A stretch of DNA of 63,482 nt, filler included, from Myxococcota bacterium (GTDB lineage: Bacteria; Myxococcota_C; UBA6777): assembly GCA_023150835.1 (NCBI GenBank). It is 3 parts of 3 records of this genome, joined end to end, with 100 filler letters (N's around TTAATTAATTAA, not from the genome) between each part and the next. Parts side by side here need not be neighbours in the genome. Positions count along the whole stretch, not along the records: positions 28,579 to 56,810 come from JAKLKB010000091.1; 2 more parts are not named here. One strand, written 5' to 3'. Positions 47,439 through 56,910 of the stretch are shown here, piece by piece. The notes under the pieces were generated by a model. That model ran no database searches. It was not told the DNA's origin and saw only the letters and a program-made list of their open reading frames with translations. Position numbers and translations under genes: made by a program. Numbering within the stretch: the first letter of the stretch is position 1; every line of letters begins with the position of its first letter.

Positions 47439-49436
47439 ATGGTATCACGCAAAGAGCGCGCAGATGCGATCCGTGTATTGAGTATGGATGCAGTTCAAAA
47501 GGCCAATTCAGGACATCCCGGGATGCCGATGGGGATGGCCGATATCGCAGAAGTCTTGTGGTGCGATGTTTTGCGCCATAACCCCGGCCATCCCGAATGG
47601 CCCAACCGCGATCGCTTTGTCCTGTCCAACGGCCACGGCTCGATGTTGCTGTACTCGCTGCTGCATCTGTCGGGCTACGCGCTGCCCATAGAAGAACTCG
47701 AACGCTTTCGCCAACTTCACTCGATGACCCCGGGCCACCCCGAGTATGGGATGACCCCGGGCGTGGAAACCACCACGGGCCCGCTCGGTCAAGGTTTGGC
47801 AAATGCCGTCGGGATGGCCTTGGCGGAAAAACTCACGGCTGCGCACTTTAACCGCGAAGGCTTTCCGTTGGTGGATCATTACACCTACGTCTTTTTGGGC
47901 GATGGTTGCTTGATGGAAGGCCTCTCACACGAAGTCTGTTCTCTCGCAGGAACTTGGAAACTCGGCAAGCTGATCGCTTTTTACGACGACAACGGCATCT
48001 CCATCGATGGCGAAGTCGAAGGCTGGTTCACCGACGATACCACCAAGCGCTTTGAATCCTACGGATGGCACGTCGTTTCAGGCGTCGATGGTCACAACGC
48101 CGACGCGATCCGCCGCGCCATCGAACAAGCCCACGCCCAACACGAAAAACCCACCTTGATCCGTTGCAAGACCATCATCGGCTTCGGCGCACCCAACCTC
48201 CAAGGGACCGAAAAAACCCACGGAAGCCCCCTTGGACCCGCCGAAGTCGCCGCTGCCCGCCAAACTTTGGGCTGGTCTCACCCTCCCTTTGTGATCCCTG
48301 CGGATATCGCCGCCTCTTGGGATGCTCGCGCCAAAGGCCAAGCCCTCGAAGAGGCTTGGGAATCCATGCTCAATCGCTACCACCAAGCCCATCCCGACCT
48401 CGCCCAAGAATGGCAACGCCGCCAAGAAAATGCCCTCCCACAAGACTTCGCCGAAAAGACCGAAGCTTGGCTCGCTAAGCTCCAAAAAGACGGCAAAGTC
48501 ATGGCAACTCGCAAAGCCTCTCAAGCCGCGCTAGAATTTTTCTGCGCAATGCTTCCCGAGATGATCGGCGGTTCAGCGGATCTCACGGGTTCGAACAACA
48601 CCAACTGGTCGCGCTCTAAGCCCTTTACAGGCGAAGATGCCCACGCAAACTACATCTATTACGGCGTGCGTGAGTTCGGGATGGCCGCGATCATGAACGG
48701 CATGGCCTTGTACGGTGGCCTGATCCCTTACGGCGGGACATTCTTGGTCTTCGCCGACTATTCGCGCAACGCGATCCGCCTCGCAGGTCTGATGCAACGC
48801 AAAGTCATCCACGTCCTCACCCATGACTCCGTTGGCTTGGGCGAAGACGGACCCACCCACCAACCCGTCGAACACCTCAGCGCCCTGCAAGTGATCCCCA
48901 ACGTCTCGGTCTGGCGCCCCTGCGACACCGTCGAAACAGGCGCCGCGTGGAAGGTCGCCTTGACACGCGAAGCGGGACCGACATGCTTGGCATTGACACG
49001 GCAAAACCTTGCCCACCAACCGCGCACCCCCGCACAAGTCGAACAGATCGAGCGCGGCGGGTACATCTTGCAAGATTGCCCGGGCATCCCTGAGATCTTG
49101 ATGATCGCCACAGGCTCAGAGGTCGAGATCGCCCGAAAATCCGTCGAGGCGCTCACCAAAGAAGGCCGCAGAGTTCGTCTGATCTCGATGCCTTCCCTCG
49201 ACACTTTTCTCAGCCAAGACGAAGCCTACAAAGACAGCGTGATCCCCGAAGGCGTGACGGCCCGTCTCGTCGTCGAAGCGGGTGCGTCGATGCGTTGGGG
49301 TCGGATCTTGGGCCTGCGCGGAAGAATGGTTGGGATCGATCGCTTTGGAGAATCCGCCCCCGGTGAACAAGTCCTCGATCTCTTCGGATTTAACGTCGAA
49401 TACATCACCCGACAAGCGCGTATGCTCTTTGTCTAA
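47439..49436 (+). CDS. tkt: transketolase
   Basis: [37 protein letters not shown] and [15 protein letters not shown] motifs; GGAG RBS. Confidence 0.98.
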   Translation: MVSRKERADAIRVLSMDAVQKANSGHPGMPMGMADIAEVLWCDVLRHNPGHPEWPNRDRFVLSNGHGSMLLYSLLHLSGYALPIEELERFRQLHSMTPGHPEYGMTPGVETTTGPLGQGLANAVGMALAEKLTAAHFNREGFPLVDHYTYVFLGDGCLMEGLSHEVCSLAGTWKLGKLIAFYDDNGISIDGEVEGWFTDDTTKRFESYGWHVVSGVDGHNADAIRRAIEQAHAQHEKPTLIRCKTIIGFGAPNLQGTEKTHGSPLGPAEVAAARQTLGWSHPPFVIPADIAASWDARAKGQALEEAWESMLNRYHQAHPDLAQEWQRRQENALPQDFAEKTEAWLAKLQKDGKVMATRKASQAALEFFCAMLPEMIGGSADLTGSNNTNWSRSKPFTGEDAHANYIYYGVREFGMAAIMNGMALYGGLIPYGGTFLVFADYSRNAIRLAGLMQRKVIHVLTHDSVGLGEDGPTHQPVEHLSALQVIPNVSVWRPCDTVETGAAWKVALTREAGPTCLALTRQNLAHQPRTPAQVEQIERGGYILQDCPGIPEILMIATGSEVEIARKSVEALTKEGRRVRLISMPSLDTFLSQDEAYKDSVIPEGVTARLVVEAGASMRWGRILGLRGRMVGIDRFGESAPGEQVLDLFGFNVEYITRQARMLFV

Positions 49437-50967
49437 ACAGCGAACCGCCCCCCTCTTCCAACAGCTCCTTGCTTCCATCCGACCGAGGCTCGGGGGTTTC
49501 CTCGCTTTTCTTATTGCACTCGGATGGCTCCCCCAAAGCTACGCCCAAAACCCACCTCCTCCCGCCTCTTCCACGAGCCGCTCTATCGCACCGCCCTCTT
49601 CCCAATACGAGGTCAAGAGGGCTTCGCTCCCTTGCGGGGCATACGACAGCGCCCCACAACACAAACCCCACCCGCTCGATCCAAAAAAGAAGAAAAAGCT
49701 GCAGATCCTGTTTCGCAGACCGTTCAAGAAACAAAAAAGAGATCCTGAACGCTTAGAGATTGGGGGATTTCCAGCGCTTGGCTACAGCATTGACCGAGGA
49801 TTGGGGCTGGGCGTGTTGTTAAACTTGGCGCGTTTTTCGCGGGGCTATTATCCGTATCGTTGGCGTTTGCGCTTGCGAGTCCAATTCACGGCACGCATCG
49901 ATCTCGCGGGGGGGATCGAGATCCCTTATCACGATCATTTCGTGGTGTTGGATCTGCCCAAAGTCAGCGAAGGCGTAAGATTACAGCTACAAGCGGGCTT
50001 TCGGCGTTTTTCGACAGCAGGGTACTTTGGTTTGGGCAACGCCGCCCCGACTGCTTCGCCTTGGGAGGGCATCGATCCCGAAAAAGCGCCAGAGCAGTAT
50101 CGAGCCGCTCGGCGCTATCAACAATACGATCGGATCTACCCGCAGATCGCTTTTGCAGCGCGGATCGCCTTGTGGCGGCGGGGCAGACAGCGCCTCGAAT
50201 TGTTTTTGTCCACCGATCTGACTTACAACGTATTGACGATCTACCCGGGTTCTCGGCTCGAAGAAGATGTGCGAGAAAGCACACAAGACACCCAACGCGG
50301 CGCGGTGTTGCGCGGCCATCTCAAGGGCCTCGCACCGCATTTTTTGTGGATGAGTGCAGCGGGTCTGCTGTGGGAGACGCGGGATCACGAATTCAACCCG
50401 ACACGCGGGGGGTTCCACGAGATCTCGCTGCGCGGTTCTCCCGGCGTGGATGCGCGGCTTGCGTTCGGTGGAGTGAACGCCACGTTTCGGTGGTATGTCC
50501 CGATCTATCGGGAGTATCTGGTTTTTGCTGCGCGATTGTTGGGTGATATCTTGTGGGGAACGGTGCCCTTTTACTTGTTGGCGGAGCATGGCGGTTTTTT
50601 TCCTGCGGGAACCTTCGGATCATCCGAAGGATTGCGCGCTTTGCCGTTAGGCCGAATACACGGAAAGATCAAGCTACTTGGCACCATCGAGTTGCGGTCG
50701 ATGTTCTGGTCGTTTCGGTTGTTTTCGCTGCCGATGCGTTTGGGAGCGCATCTGTATGCAGACGTTGGACGCGCATGGTTGGACGAAACCGAAGCCGCCA
50801 AGCGGTTCGATGGACTCACTTCTACCGAGACGCTTTGGGGGTTAAAGATCGCTGGCGGAGGCGGTCTGCGCTTGCAATGGGGAGAAGCCATCGTCGTGCG
50901 CCTTGATCTGGGGTATTCCAACACAGGCGATATCGGGTTTTATTTGGGGACGGCACAAGCTTTTTAA
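49429..50967 (+). CDS. Omp85/BamA-TamA family outer membrane protein, paralog 1
   Basis: [20 protein letters not shown] and DVGRAW motifs; terminal GTAQAF. Proposed TTG start overlaps the tkt stop (uncertain). Confidence 0.8.
   Translation: MSKQRTAPLFQQLLASIRPRLGGFLAFLIALGWLPQSYAQNPPPPASSTSRSIAPPSSQYEVKRASLPCGAYDSAPQHKPHPLDPKKKKKLQILFRRPFKKQKRDPERLEIGGFPALGYSIDRGLGLGVLLNLARFSRGYYPYRWRLRLRVQFTARIDLAGGIEIPYHDHFVVLDLPKVSEGVRLQLQAGFRRFSTAGYFGLGNAAPTASPWEGIDPEKAPEQYRAARRYQQYDRIYPQIAFAARIALWRRGRQRLELFLSTDLTYNVLTIYPGSRLEEDVRESTQDTQRGAVLRGHLKGLAPHFLWMSAAGLLWETRDHEFNPTRGGFHEISLRGSPGVDARLAFGGVNATFRWYVPIYREYLVFAARLLGDILWGTVPFYLLAEHGGFFPAGTFGSSEGLRALPLGRIHGKIKLLGTIELRSMFWSFRLFSLPMRLGAHLYADVGRAWLDETEAAKRFDGLTSTETLWGLKIAGGGGLRLQWGEAIVVRLDLGYSNTGDIGFYLGTAQAF
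49604..49660 (+). repeat. family C 3' half embedded in frame in the Omp85 paralog 1 CDS
   Basis: AATACGAGGTCAAGAGGGCTTCGCTCCCTTGCGGGGCATACGACAGCGCCCCAC versus copy 7 AATACGGGGTCAAGGGAGCGTGGCTCCCTTGCGGGGCGTGGGGCAGCGCCCCAC. Confidence 0.75.
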
Positions 50968-51144
50968 CGAAGGTCTTGTCTTGTGGAGCGTTTTGGGCCA
51001 CAATCCGGCCTCTTGCCGTTGTTTTGTTGAGGGGTCCTGTGGAGTGTCTGTGGGAACCTTGACGCTGGATGCTCTCGCAAAAGCGAGACGATCTTGCGCG
51101 TGGATGGATGAAAGACGCAGTTGCACAGTTGAGGAGCGAGTGGA

Positions 51145-52818
51145 ATGAGGGAGAAGTTGAAGGTTCAACGTCGAGCGAAGAAGACACACAAGGTTTCAAG
51201 CGAAAAGCCAGAGACGCTTTTTGTGCGCCGTGGCGGCGCAAAAGCCGGCCTGAGCCATCTGTTGTTGTGTGCGATGGGGATCGGCGTGTGGCTGTTGTGG
51301 GGAGGACTGGCGTGGTCCCTGCCTCAAAGCTTTCAAGAGACGGGCAGTTCGGGATTTTTAAAGAACAGAGGTGAACGCTCGCTGTATGCACGCCTTGCGG
51401 GTTGGTCGCTTGAAGAGACCCCACCACGCCACGTCGCACAAGCCCCCAAAGCCGCCGAGGACGCAGCCAAAAAAACGGAGCGCAACATCAAAGACACCCA
51501 AGAAGCGCTCGAAGCACAAAAAAACAAAAAGACGCAGATCTTTGTCAAACGCCCACTCAAAGCCCTCGCAAGCAAAGAGCCGCCCAAAAAAGATCCCAAT
51601 CGCCTAGAGATTGGGGGACTTCCAGCCGTCAACTACAACATCGACACGGGCTTTGGTGTGGGTGTGATCTTGAACCTTGCGCGGTTTGCGCCCGGCTATT
51701 ACCCCTATCGTTGGCGTCTCTTTTTGCAGATCTACACCACGCTTCGCCCTGATCCTGCGGGTGGCGTCGAAAACCCCTATCACAGCCACTTTTTGGAATT
51801 GGATATGCCCGGGATCATCGAAGGCGTGCGACTTCGTGCGCGTGTCGAGTTTCGGCGCTTTTCCACAGCGGGCTATTTCGGGCTTGGCAACGACGCCCAG
51901 AAAGCAGAGCCTTGGAACGCCATTGATTCTGCAGCCGATCCCGAAGGCTACCGCGCCGCCCGCCGCTACCAACAATACGACCGCATCTATCCCTTTGCGT
52001 CCTTGGGAGCGCGCATTGCGATGTGGCAACGCGGCAAAGAACGCCTCGAACTCTTCTTAACAGGCGCGTTCACCTACAACTTTATGAACGTCTACCCGGG
52101 TTCGCGCCTTGAACAAGACATCAACGAAAGCAAAACCAACACCGCAAGAGCCCAAGAGATCCGCCAACAACTGCGCGGCGTCACACAGCACGCTCTGCTC
52201 GAAGGCGGCGTCGGCTTGTTGTGGGACACCCGCGACAACGAATTCACCCCCCAACGCGGTATCTTGCACGAGATATCTTTTCGCGGCTCCCCGGGCGTCG
52301 ATGCGAACCTCTCTTATGCCGGATTTAACGCAACTTTGCGCTTTTACCAATCGATCTACAAAGAATATCTTGTGATCGCCTTCCGCATCTTGGGCGATAT
52401 CATGCTTGGCAACGTCCCCTTTTATCTGATGGCCGAGCATGGGGGCTTTTTTGCAGGAAACACGCTTGGCGCGGGCGGTGGGTTGCGTGCCATACCAACA
52501 GGCCGATATCACGGCAAGATCAAGATGCTCGGAAACCTCGAACTGCGCTCCAAGTTCTTGACCTTCAATATCGGAACGGTCCCCTTTAGCCTCGGCGTGT
52601 TGGCCTTTTTTGACTTTGGCCGAGCATGGTTGGACTTCTCAGGCAAAACAGATATCTTCGACGGCATCGACAACGCCGCAAACTTGTTTGGGATGAAGTT
52701 TTCAGGTGGCGGTGGTCTGCGTATTCAATGGGGCGAATCCTTGGTCGTCCGCCTTGATGTGGGGTACTCCAATATCGGTGAATTGGGCTTTTATCTCGAT
52801 ATCGCACACATCTTCTAA
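51145..52818 (+). CDS. Omp85/BamA-TamA family outer membrane protein, paralog 2
   Basis: Long identical stretches with paralog 1 (e.g. [28 protein letters not shown]); terminal AHIF. Confidence 0.85.
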   Translation: MREKLKVQRRAKKTHKVSSEKPETLFVRRGGAKAGLSHLLLCAMGIGVWLLWGGLAWSLPQSFQETGSSGFLKNRGERSLYARLAGWSLEETPPRHVAQAPKAAEDAAKKTERNIKDTQEALEAQKNKKTQIFVKRPLKALASKEPPKKDPNRLEIGGLPAVNYNIDTGFGVGVILNLARFAPGYYPYRWRLFLQIYTTLRPDPAGGVENPYHSHFLELDMPGIIEGVRLRARVEFRRFSTAGYFGLGNDAQKAEPWNAIDSAADPEGYRAARRYQQYDRIYPFASLGARIAMWQRGKERLELFLTGAFTYNFMNVYPGSRLEQDINESKTNTARAQEIRQQLRGVTQHALLEGGVGLLWDTRDNEFTPQRGILHEISFRGSPGVDANLSYAGFNATLRFYQSIYKEYLVIAFRILGDIMLGNVPFYLMAEHGGFFAGNTLGAGGGLRAIPTGRYHGKIKMLGNLELRSKFLTFNIGTVPFSLGVLAFFDFGRAWLDFSGKTDIFDGIDNAANLFGMKFSGGGGLRIQWGESLVVRLDVGYSNIGELGFYLDIAHIF

Positions 52819-52931
52819 TCGCGACACTTCAAGCGGTGCCGTTGTTCGTTTGAAAAAAACTAGGGTTGTTCCGCCGATATGGGGTCAAGGGGCGACAGTC
52901 CCTTGTGGGGTTTGGGGCAACGCCCCAAAAC
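52819..52931 (+). repeat. family C element, copy 10 (5'-clipped at the upstream stop codon)
   Basis: Block pattern. Confidence 0.85.
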
Positions 52932-52978
52932 AACCCGAGATGCGTCACTTCTAATCAAAAAGACGGCAGGTAGAGACA

Positions 52979-55900
52979 TTGCGACGGTCTTGGTTTGTAG
53001 GGTTAGGGTTGTTGTTTGTGGGATCGGGTGCGTGTGGGGTGGGGCTCGAACTGCTGTGGACACGGATGTTGATGGGCGTGTTTGGTGGAACGACCTTGGC
53101 GGTCGTCACCGTATTAACCGCCTATATGGGGGGATTGGCGTGGGGATCTTGGTGGGGAGGGCGTTGGGTGGATCGCCTCGGTGGGGGGCAGCGGGCAGCT
53201 TGGCAAGCAGCGTGGTTGTATGGTCTTTGCGAGATCAGTGTGGGTTTGTGGGCGCTTAGTTTGCCTTGGTGGATCGGGGGGTTGCCCAGCCTTCAACGCG
53301 CAGTAGCCGAAGGGTGGGGATCTAGTGGTTTAACAGCGGGCCGATTTGTGATCTGCGTCTTGTTACTGGGCGTTCCCACAACGCTGATGGGTGCGACGCT
53401 TCCGCTGATCAGTCGAGCTTTTTTGCGAGATGCCCGATGGTTGGGGGCAGAAGTCGGGCGCTTGTACGCACTCAACACCGCAGGAGCGGTCTTTGGGGCC
53501 TTTGTGCTGGGATTTTTTCTTTTGCCATCGTGGGGGATCTGGCGTTCGTTGTGTTGGCTCGCAGGGATCGATATCTTGATCGGCGTCTTCGCGTGTGTCG
53601 CCGCGATGTGGATGCGCACACAAAAGCCCCAGACATCGGCAGAGATCGAACAGCAGGCTCTCGATTCTACCCCGATCTTCCCTTCGGCCTCGAAACAGCC
53701 GCATACATCGGCAGCGATCGAACAACAGGCTCTCACTTCGACAACGACACCTCCCGCGCTCCCCCATACTCGTGCGAAAAAGACCATGCCTTCGGAGGAA
53801 TCGAACCGCGATATCTCAAACGAATGGGACAACGAAGACATCGAACAGGCGGCGAAGATGCAACGCTTGCGAGAGGCCCGACGGATGGTGGGTTGGGGGT
53901 TGGCGTGCAGCGGATGCTTGGGGATGATCGCACAAGTTGCGTGGACACGGGCTTTTTCGATGATCTTGGGATCGTCGACGTATGCTTTTTCGATGATCTT
54001 GGTGGTGTTTTTGACGGGGCTGGCGCTCGGCGGTGCGGTGGGCGGGTGGCTCGCTCAACGCAGCGAGCGAGCGGGAGGGATCTTGGGGCTGGTCTTTGGG
54101 ATCGCTGCGCTCGGAGTGTACTGGACCGTGTTGTCGATGGATGCTTTACCGCTGCTTTTTTTCCGATGGACTCGGGGTTTAGAGCTATCGACGTGGGCCT
54201 TGTTGGGGATCAAAGCCGCGTTGTGTGGTGGGATGATGTGTGTGCCGACCTTGGCGATGGGGATGTCTTTCCCGTTGGCTTTACAAGCATGGTGGCGTCT
54301 CGGCCAACAGATCCAAACCAACGAACGCACCTCCCCAAAAGCCTATCCATCGGCAGAATCAAGCCTCACCGCCAAAGAAGCCTATCCATCGGCAGAATCA
54401 AGCCTCACCGCCAACGAAGCCTATCCATCGGCAGAATCAAGCCTCACCGCCAACGAAGCCTATCCATCGGCAGAATCAAGCCTCACCGCCAACGAAGCCT
54501 ATCCATCGGCAAAATCAGACGAAACGACGGAGAAGGTGCAGCCGTTGGGTTCCGAAGTAGGTCGGTTGTACGCACTAAATACGTTGGGAGCGATCGTGGG
54601 CTCTGCGTCGGTGGGTTTTGTATGGATTCCGTGGTTGGGCGTGCAAGGGTCACTGGGGTGGGTGGCCTTTGGGTATGGTTTGTGGAGCCTTTTGCTTTGG
54701 AGCGAAGAGGCGGAAGAGCGGGGATTTTGGCGAGCATTGAGTTTGACAAGCGGCTTGATGGTGATGGGCGTGGTGTGGTTTTGGACGCCTGCTTGGTCAC
54801 CGCATCGGATGAGTTTGGGGTTGTTTCGCGTGGCCCATCTCAAGCGCATGACCGAAGAGGCATTGCGCCAACCCGCTCCTGTCTTGTTCTACCGCGAAGG
54901 ACTCCATACGACTGTGACGGTCGAGCGGTTTGGCCCGCACATCGGCCAAAAAGTCAACGGCAAGACAGACGCTTCGACCGCAAGCGATATGCCGACGCAG
55001 ATCTTATCGGGGGCGTTGCCACTGCTGCTGCACCCAAAAGCCCGAGAAGTCGCGGTGATCGGTTGGGGTTCAGGGGTCACGGTGGGTTCGGTGTTGCAAT
55101 TCCCCGTCAAGCGGGTGATCGCGATCGAGCTAGAGCCTGCGGTTGTTGAAGGGGCAAAGTTCTTCGCGCCTTGGAATCACCAACCCGAGCGCGATCCGCG
55201 TTTGCAGATCCGCTTGGATGACGGCAGAAACTTTCTTGCGGTATCAAGGGAGCATTTTGATGTCTTGATCTCGGAACCTTCGAATCCTTGGATGAGCGGT
55301 GTGAGCGCTTTGTTCACCGTCGAATTTTTTCAACTGGCGCGGGCGCGGCTTCGCCGTGATGGGATCTTGTGTCAGTGGGTTCAATTGTACGAGCTTTCAC
55401 CCGATAATATCCGTGCGCTGCTGCACTCGGTAGCACGGGTATTTCCGCACGTTTATTTGTTTGCTCTTTCCAGACGTAGCCGCGACACGCTGTTGATCGC
55501 AACCTTACAACCGCTCCAGATCCAACGTGACGCCATCGCCCAACACTTCGCACACAAACGCAGCCGAGCCGAGTTGCTGCGGGGTGGGATGAATCACCCG
55601 ATCGATCTTTTGCCCCGACTGCTCGCAGACGACGAAGCCTTGCGGCTGTTAACACGAGGAGCCGCCCTCAACACCGATGACAACGCACGATTGGAGATGC
55701 GCGCTCCATTTGAATTATTAACACACGTCGAAACAGACGGTGCCAAGGTCTTGTTGAACGATCTTGGATCTCGCGCCCATCGCTGGTCTCGGCTTTTTCC
55801 GTTGCCTGTTCTCGCCAAAGACGCCCCTCCCTCCTTGCGTGCGGCCTTTGAAGCCGAACTCGCCCTCGCATGGCTACGCTTTGGCGATCCACAACGCGCC

Positions 55901-56593
55901 ACTCTCTCCCTTCAAATCGCCCACCGCAAACTCCAACAAGCCCTCTCGATTCCGATCACCACACACCAACCCTCCCTTTCGCTTCCAAGCACCCACTCCA
56001 AACCCCAAGCAGCCCCCGCACGCTCGACTCTGCCCAAAGCCACTTCCGCGCTTTCGACCTCTGCATCTGCAATCAAAACGCCTGAACATCCGCCCAAATC
56101 CACACCGACGATTTCGACTTCCGCATCTACGCTCAAAGCGCCCGAACATCCGCCCAAAAGCACGCTACTCAAGAGTGTCCATCAAGCCCAACAAGTCTGG
56201 TCTCTGTTAACACAAACCAGCACAGCCGCAAAGATCGAGGTCTGTGTTCCCGCCTTACAAAACGAACAATTCCAGCCCGCTCCTCCCGACTGTCCCACGC
56301 TCTTTCCCCAACTCCCGATGACCACACGCGATCGCGCCCGTGTGATGACGCTTTCCAGACGTCACCCTCAGCGGATCATGACGCGGGGCTTGCTGCTCTA
56401 TCGAAAAGGTCGAAAAAAGGCGGCGCTTCGTGAACTTGCGCATCTGATCCAAGAACCCGCTTTTTTGCGCCAAAATCCCGGTGGATACTTCCTATTGGGC
56501 CAACTCTACCAAGCCGCCCAGATCGAACCCGAAGCCGTCTGGTTCACCCGCCTTTTTGTCCAATCCACCGAGGCGAACCCTCCGCAGCCCTGA
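52979..56593 (+). CDS. fused MFS/spermidine synthase family protein with low-complexity inserts and TPR-like C-terminus
   Basis: Two LYALNT.GA..G repeats; VIGWGSGVTV, IELEPAV, DDGRNFL, DVLISEPSNPW and NTDDN motifs. Confidence 0.9.
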   Translation: MRRSWFVGLGLLFVGSGACGVGLELLWTRMLMGVFGGTTLAVVTVLTAYMGGLAWGSWWGGRWVDRLGGGQRAAWQAAWLYGLCEISVGLWALSLPWWIGGLPSLQRAVAEGWGSSGLTAGRFVICVLLLGVPTTLMGATLPLISRAFLRDARWLGAEVGRLYALNTAGAVFGAFVLGFFLLPSWGIWRSLCWLAGIDILIGVFACVAAMWMRTQKPQTSAEIEQQALDSTPIFPSASKQPHTSAAIEQQALTSTTTPPALPHTRAKKTMPSEESNRDISNEWDNEDIEQAAKMQRLREARRMVGWGLACSGCLGMIAQVAWTRAFSMILGSSTYAFSMILVVFLTGLALGGAVGGWLAQRSERAGGILGLVFGIAALGVYWTVLSMDALPLLFFRWTRGLELSTWALLGIKAALCGGMMCVPTLAMGMSFPLALQAWWRLGQQIQTNERTSPKAYPSAESSLTAKEAYPSAESSLTANEAYPSAESSLTANEAYPSAESSLTANEAYPSAKSDETTEKVQPLGSEVGRLYALNTLGAIVGSASVGFVWIPWLGVQGSLGWVAFGYGLWSLLLWSEEAEERGFWRALSLTSGLMVMGVVWFWTPAWSPHRMSLGLFRVAHLKRMTEEALRQPAPVLFYREGLHTTVTVERFGPHIGQKVNGKTDASTASDMPTQILSGALPLLLHPKAREVAVIGWGSGVTVGSVLQFPVKRVIAIELEPAVVEGAKFFAPWNHQPERDPRLQIRLDDGRNFLAVSREHFDVLISEPSNPWMSGVSALFTVEFFQLARARLRRDGILCQWVQLYELSPDNIRALLHSVARVFPHVYLFALSRRSRDTLLIATLQPLQIQRDAIAQHFAHKRSRAELLRGGMNHPIDLLPRLLADDEALRLLTRGAALNTDDNARLEMRAPFELLTHVETDGAKVLLNDLGSRAHRWSRLFPLPVLAKDAPPSLRAAFEAELALAWLRFGDPQRATLSLQIAHRKLQQALSIPITTHQPSLSLPSTHSKPQAAPARSTLPKATSALSTSASAIKTPEHPPKSTPTISTSASTLKAPEHPPKSTLLKSVHQAQQVWSLLTQTSTAAKIEVCVPALQNEQFQPAPPDCPTLFPQLPMTTRDRARVMTLSRRHPQRIMTRGLLLYRKGRKKAALRELAHLIQEPAFLRQNPGGYFLLGQLYQAAQIEPEAVWFTRLFVQSTEANPPQP
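54339..54518 (+). repeat. 39-bp in-frame tandem repeat (EAYPSAESSLTAN, ~4.6 units)
   Basis: Read directly. Confidence 0.95.
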
Positions 56594-56670
56594 AACAGGC
56601 AGGGACAACAGAGAAAAAGCCGTATTCGTGTCGCTTCGAGCGGCATTATCATCCTTCGCTTAATAGCTGG

Positions 56671-56810
56671 GTGAACCACCCAAGGCTAAAGCACTTGGGC
56701 TTCCTTTCTGCTTCACAGACGGCAGCGCCAACCTTATGGGGTTAGACGTCTTACGCAGTCTCCACAGACATCAAATCGGTGGGTTCCAACCCTAGAGAAG
56801 ACAAGGCTTT
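56671..56810 (-). mobile_element. tnpB: right end of an IS200/IS605-family (tnpB) element including the putative omegaRNA; truncated by the contig end
   Basis: Minus strand: ...KALSSLGLEPTDLMSVETA* then TGTGGAGACTGCGTAAGAC...TCTGTGAAGCAG..GGAAGCCCAAGTGCTTTAGCCTTGGGTGGTTCAC, the typical subterminal hairpin and TCAC terminus. Confidence 0.75.
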
Positions 56811-56910
56811 NNNNNNNNNNNNNNNNNNNNNNNNNNNNNNNNNNNNNNNNNNNNTTAATTAATTAANNNNNNNNNNNNNNNNNNNNNNNNNNNNNNNNNN
56901 NNNNNNNNNN
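56811..56910. other. artificial contig linker (N44-TTAATTAATTAA-N44)
   Basis: Six-frame stop linker flanked by Ns. Confidence 0.99.

Noticed and set aside
56748-56760. GTCTTACGCAGTC as another MITE TIR
   Set aside because: It lacks the TAGGA terminus and a partner end; it is better explained as part of the tnpB/omegaRNA tail.
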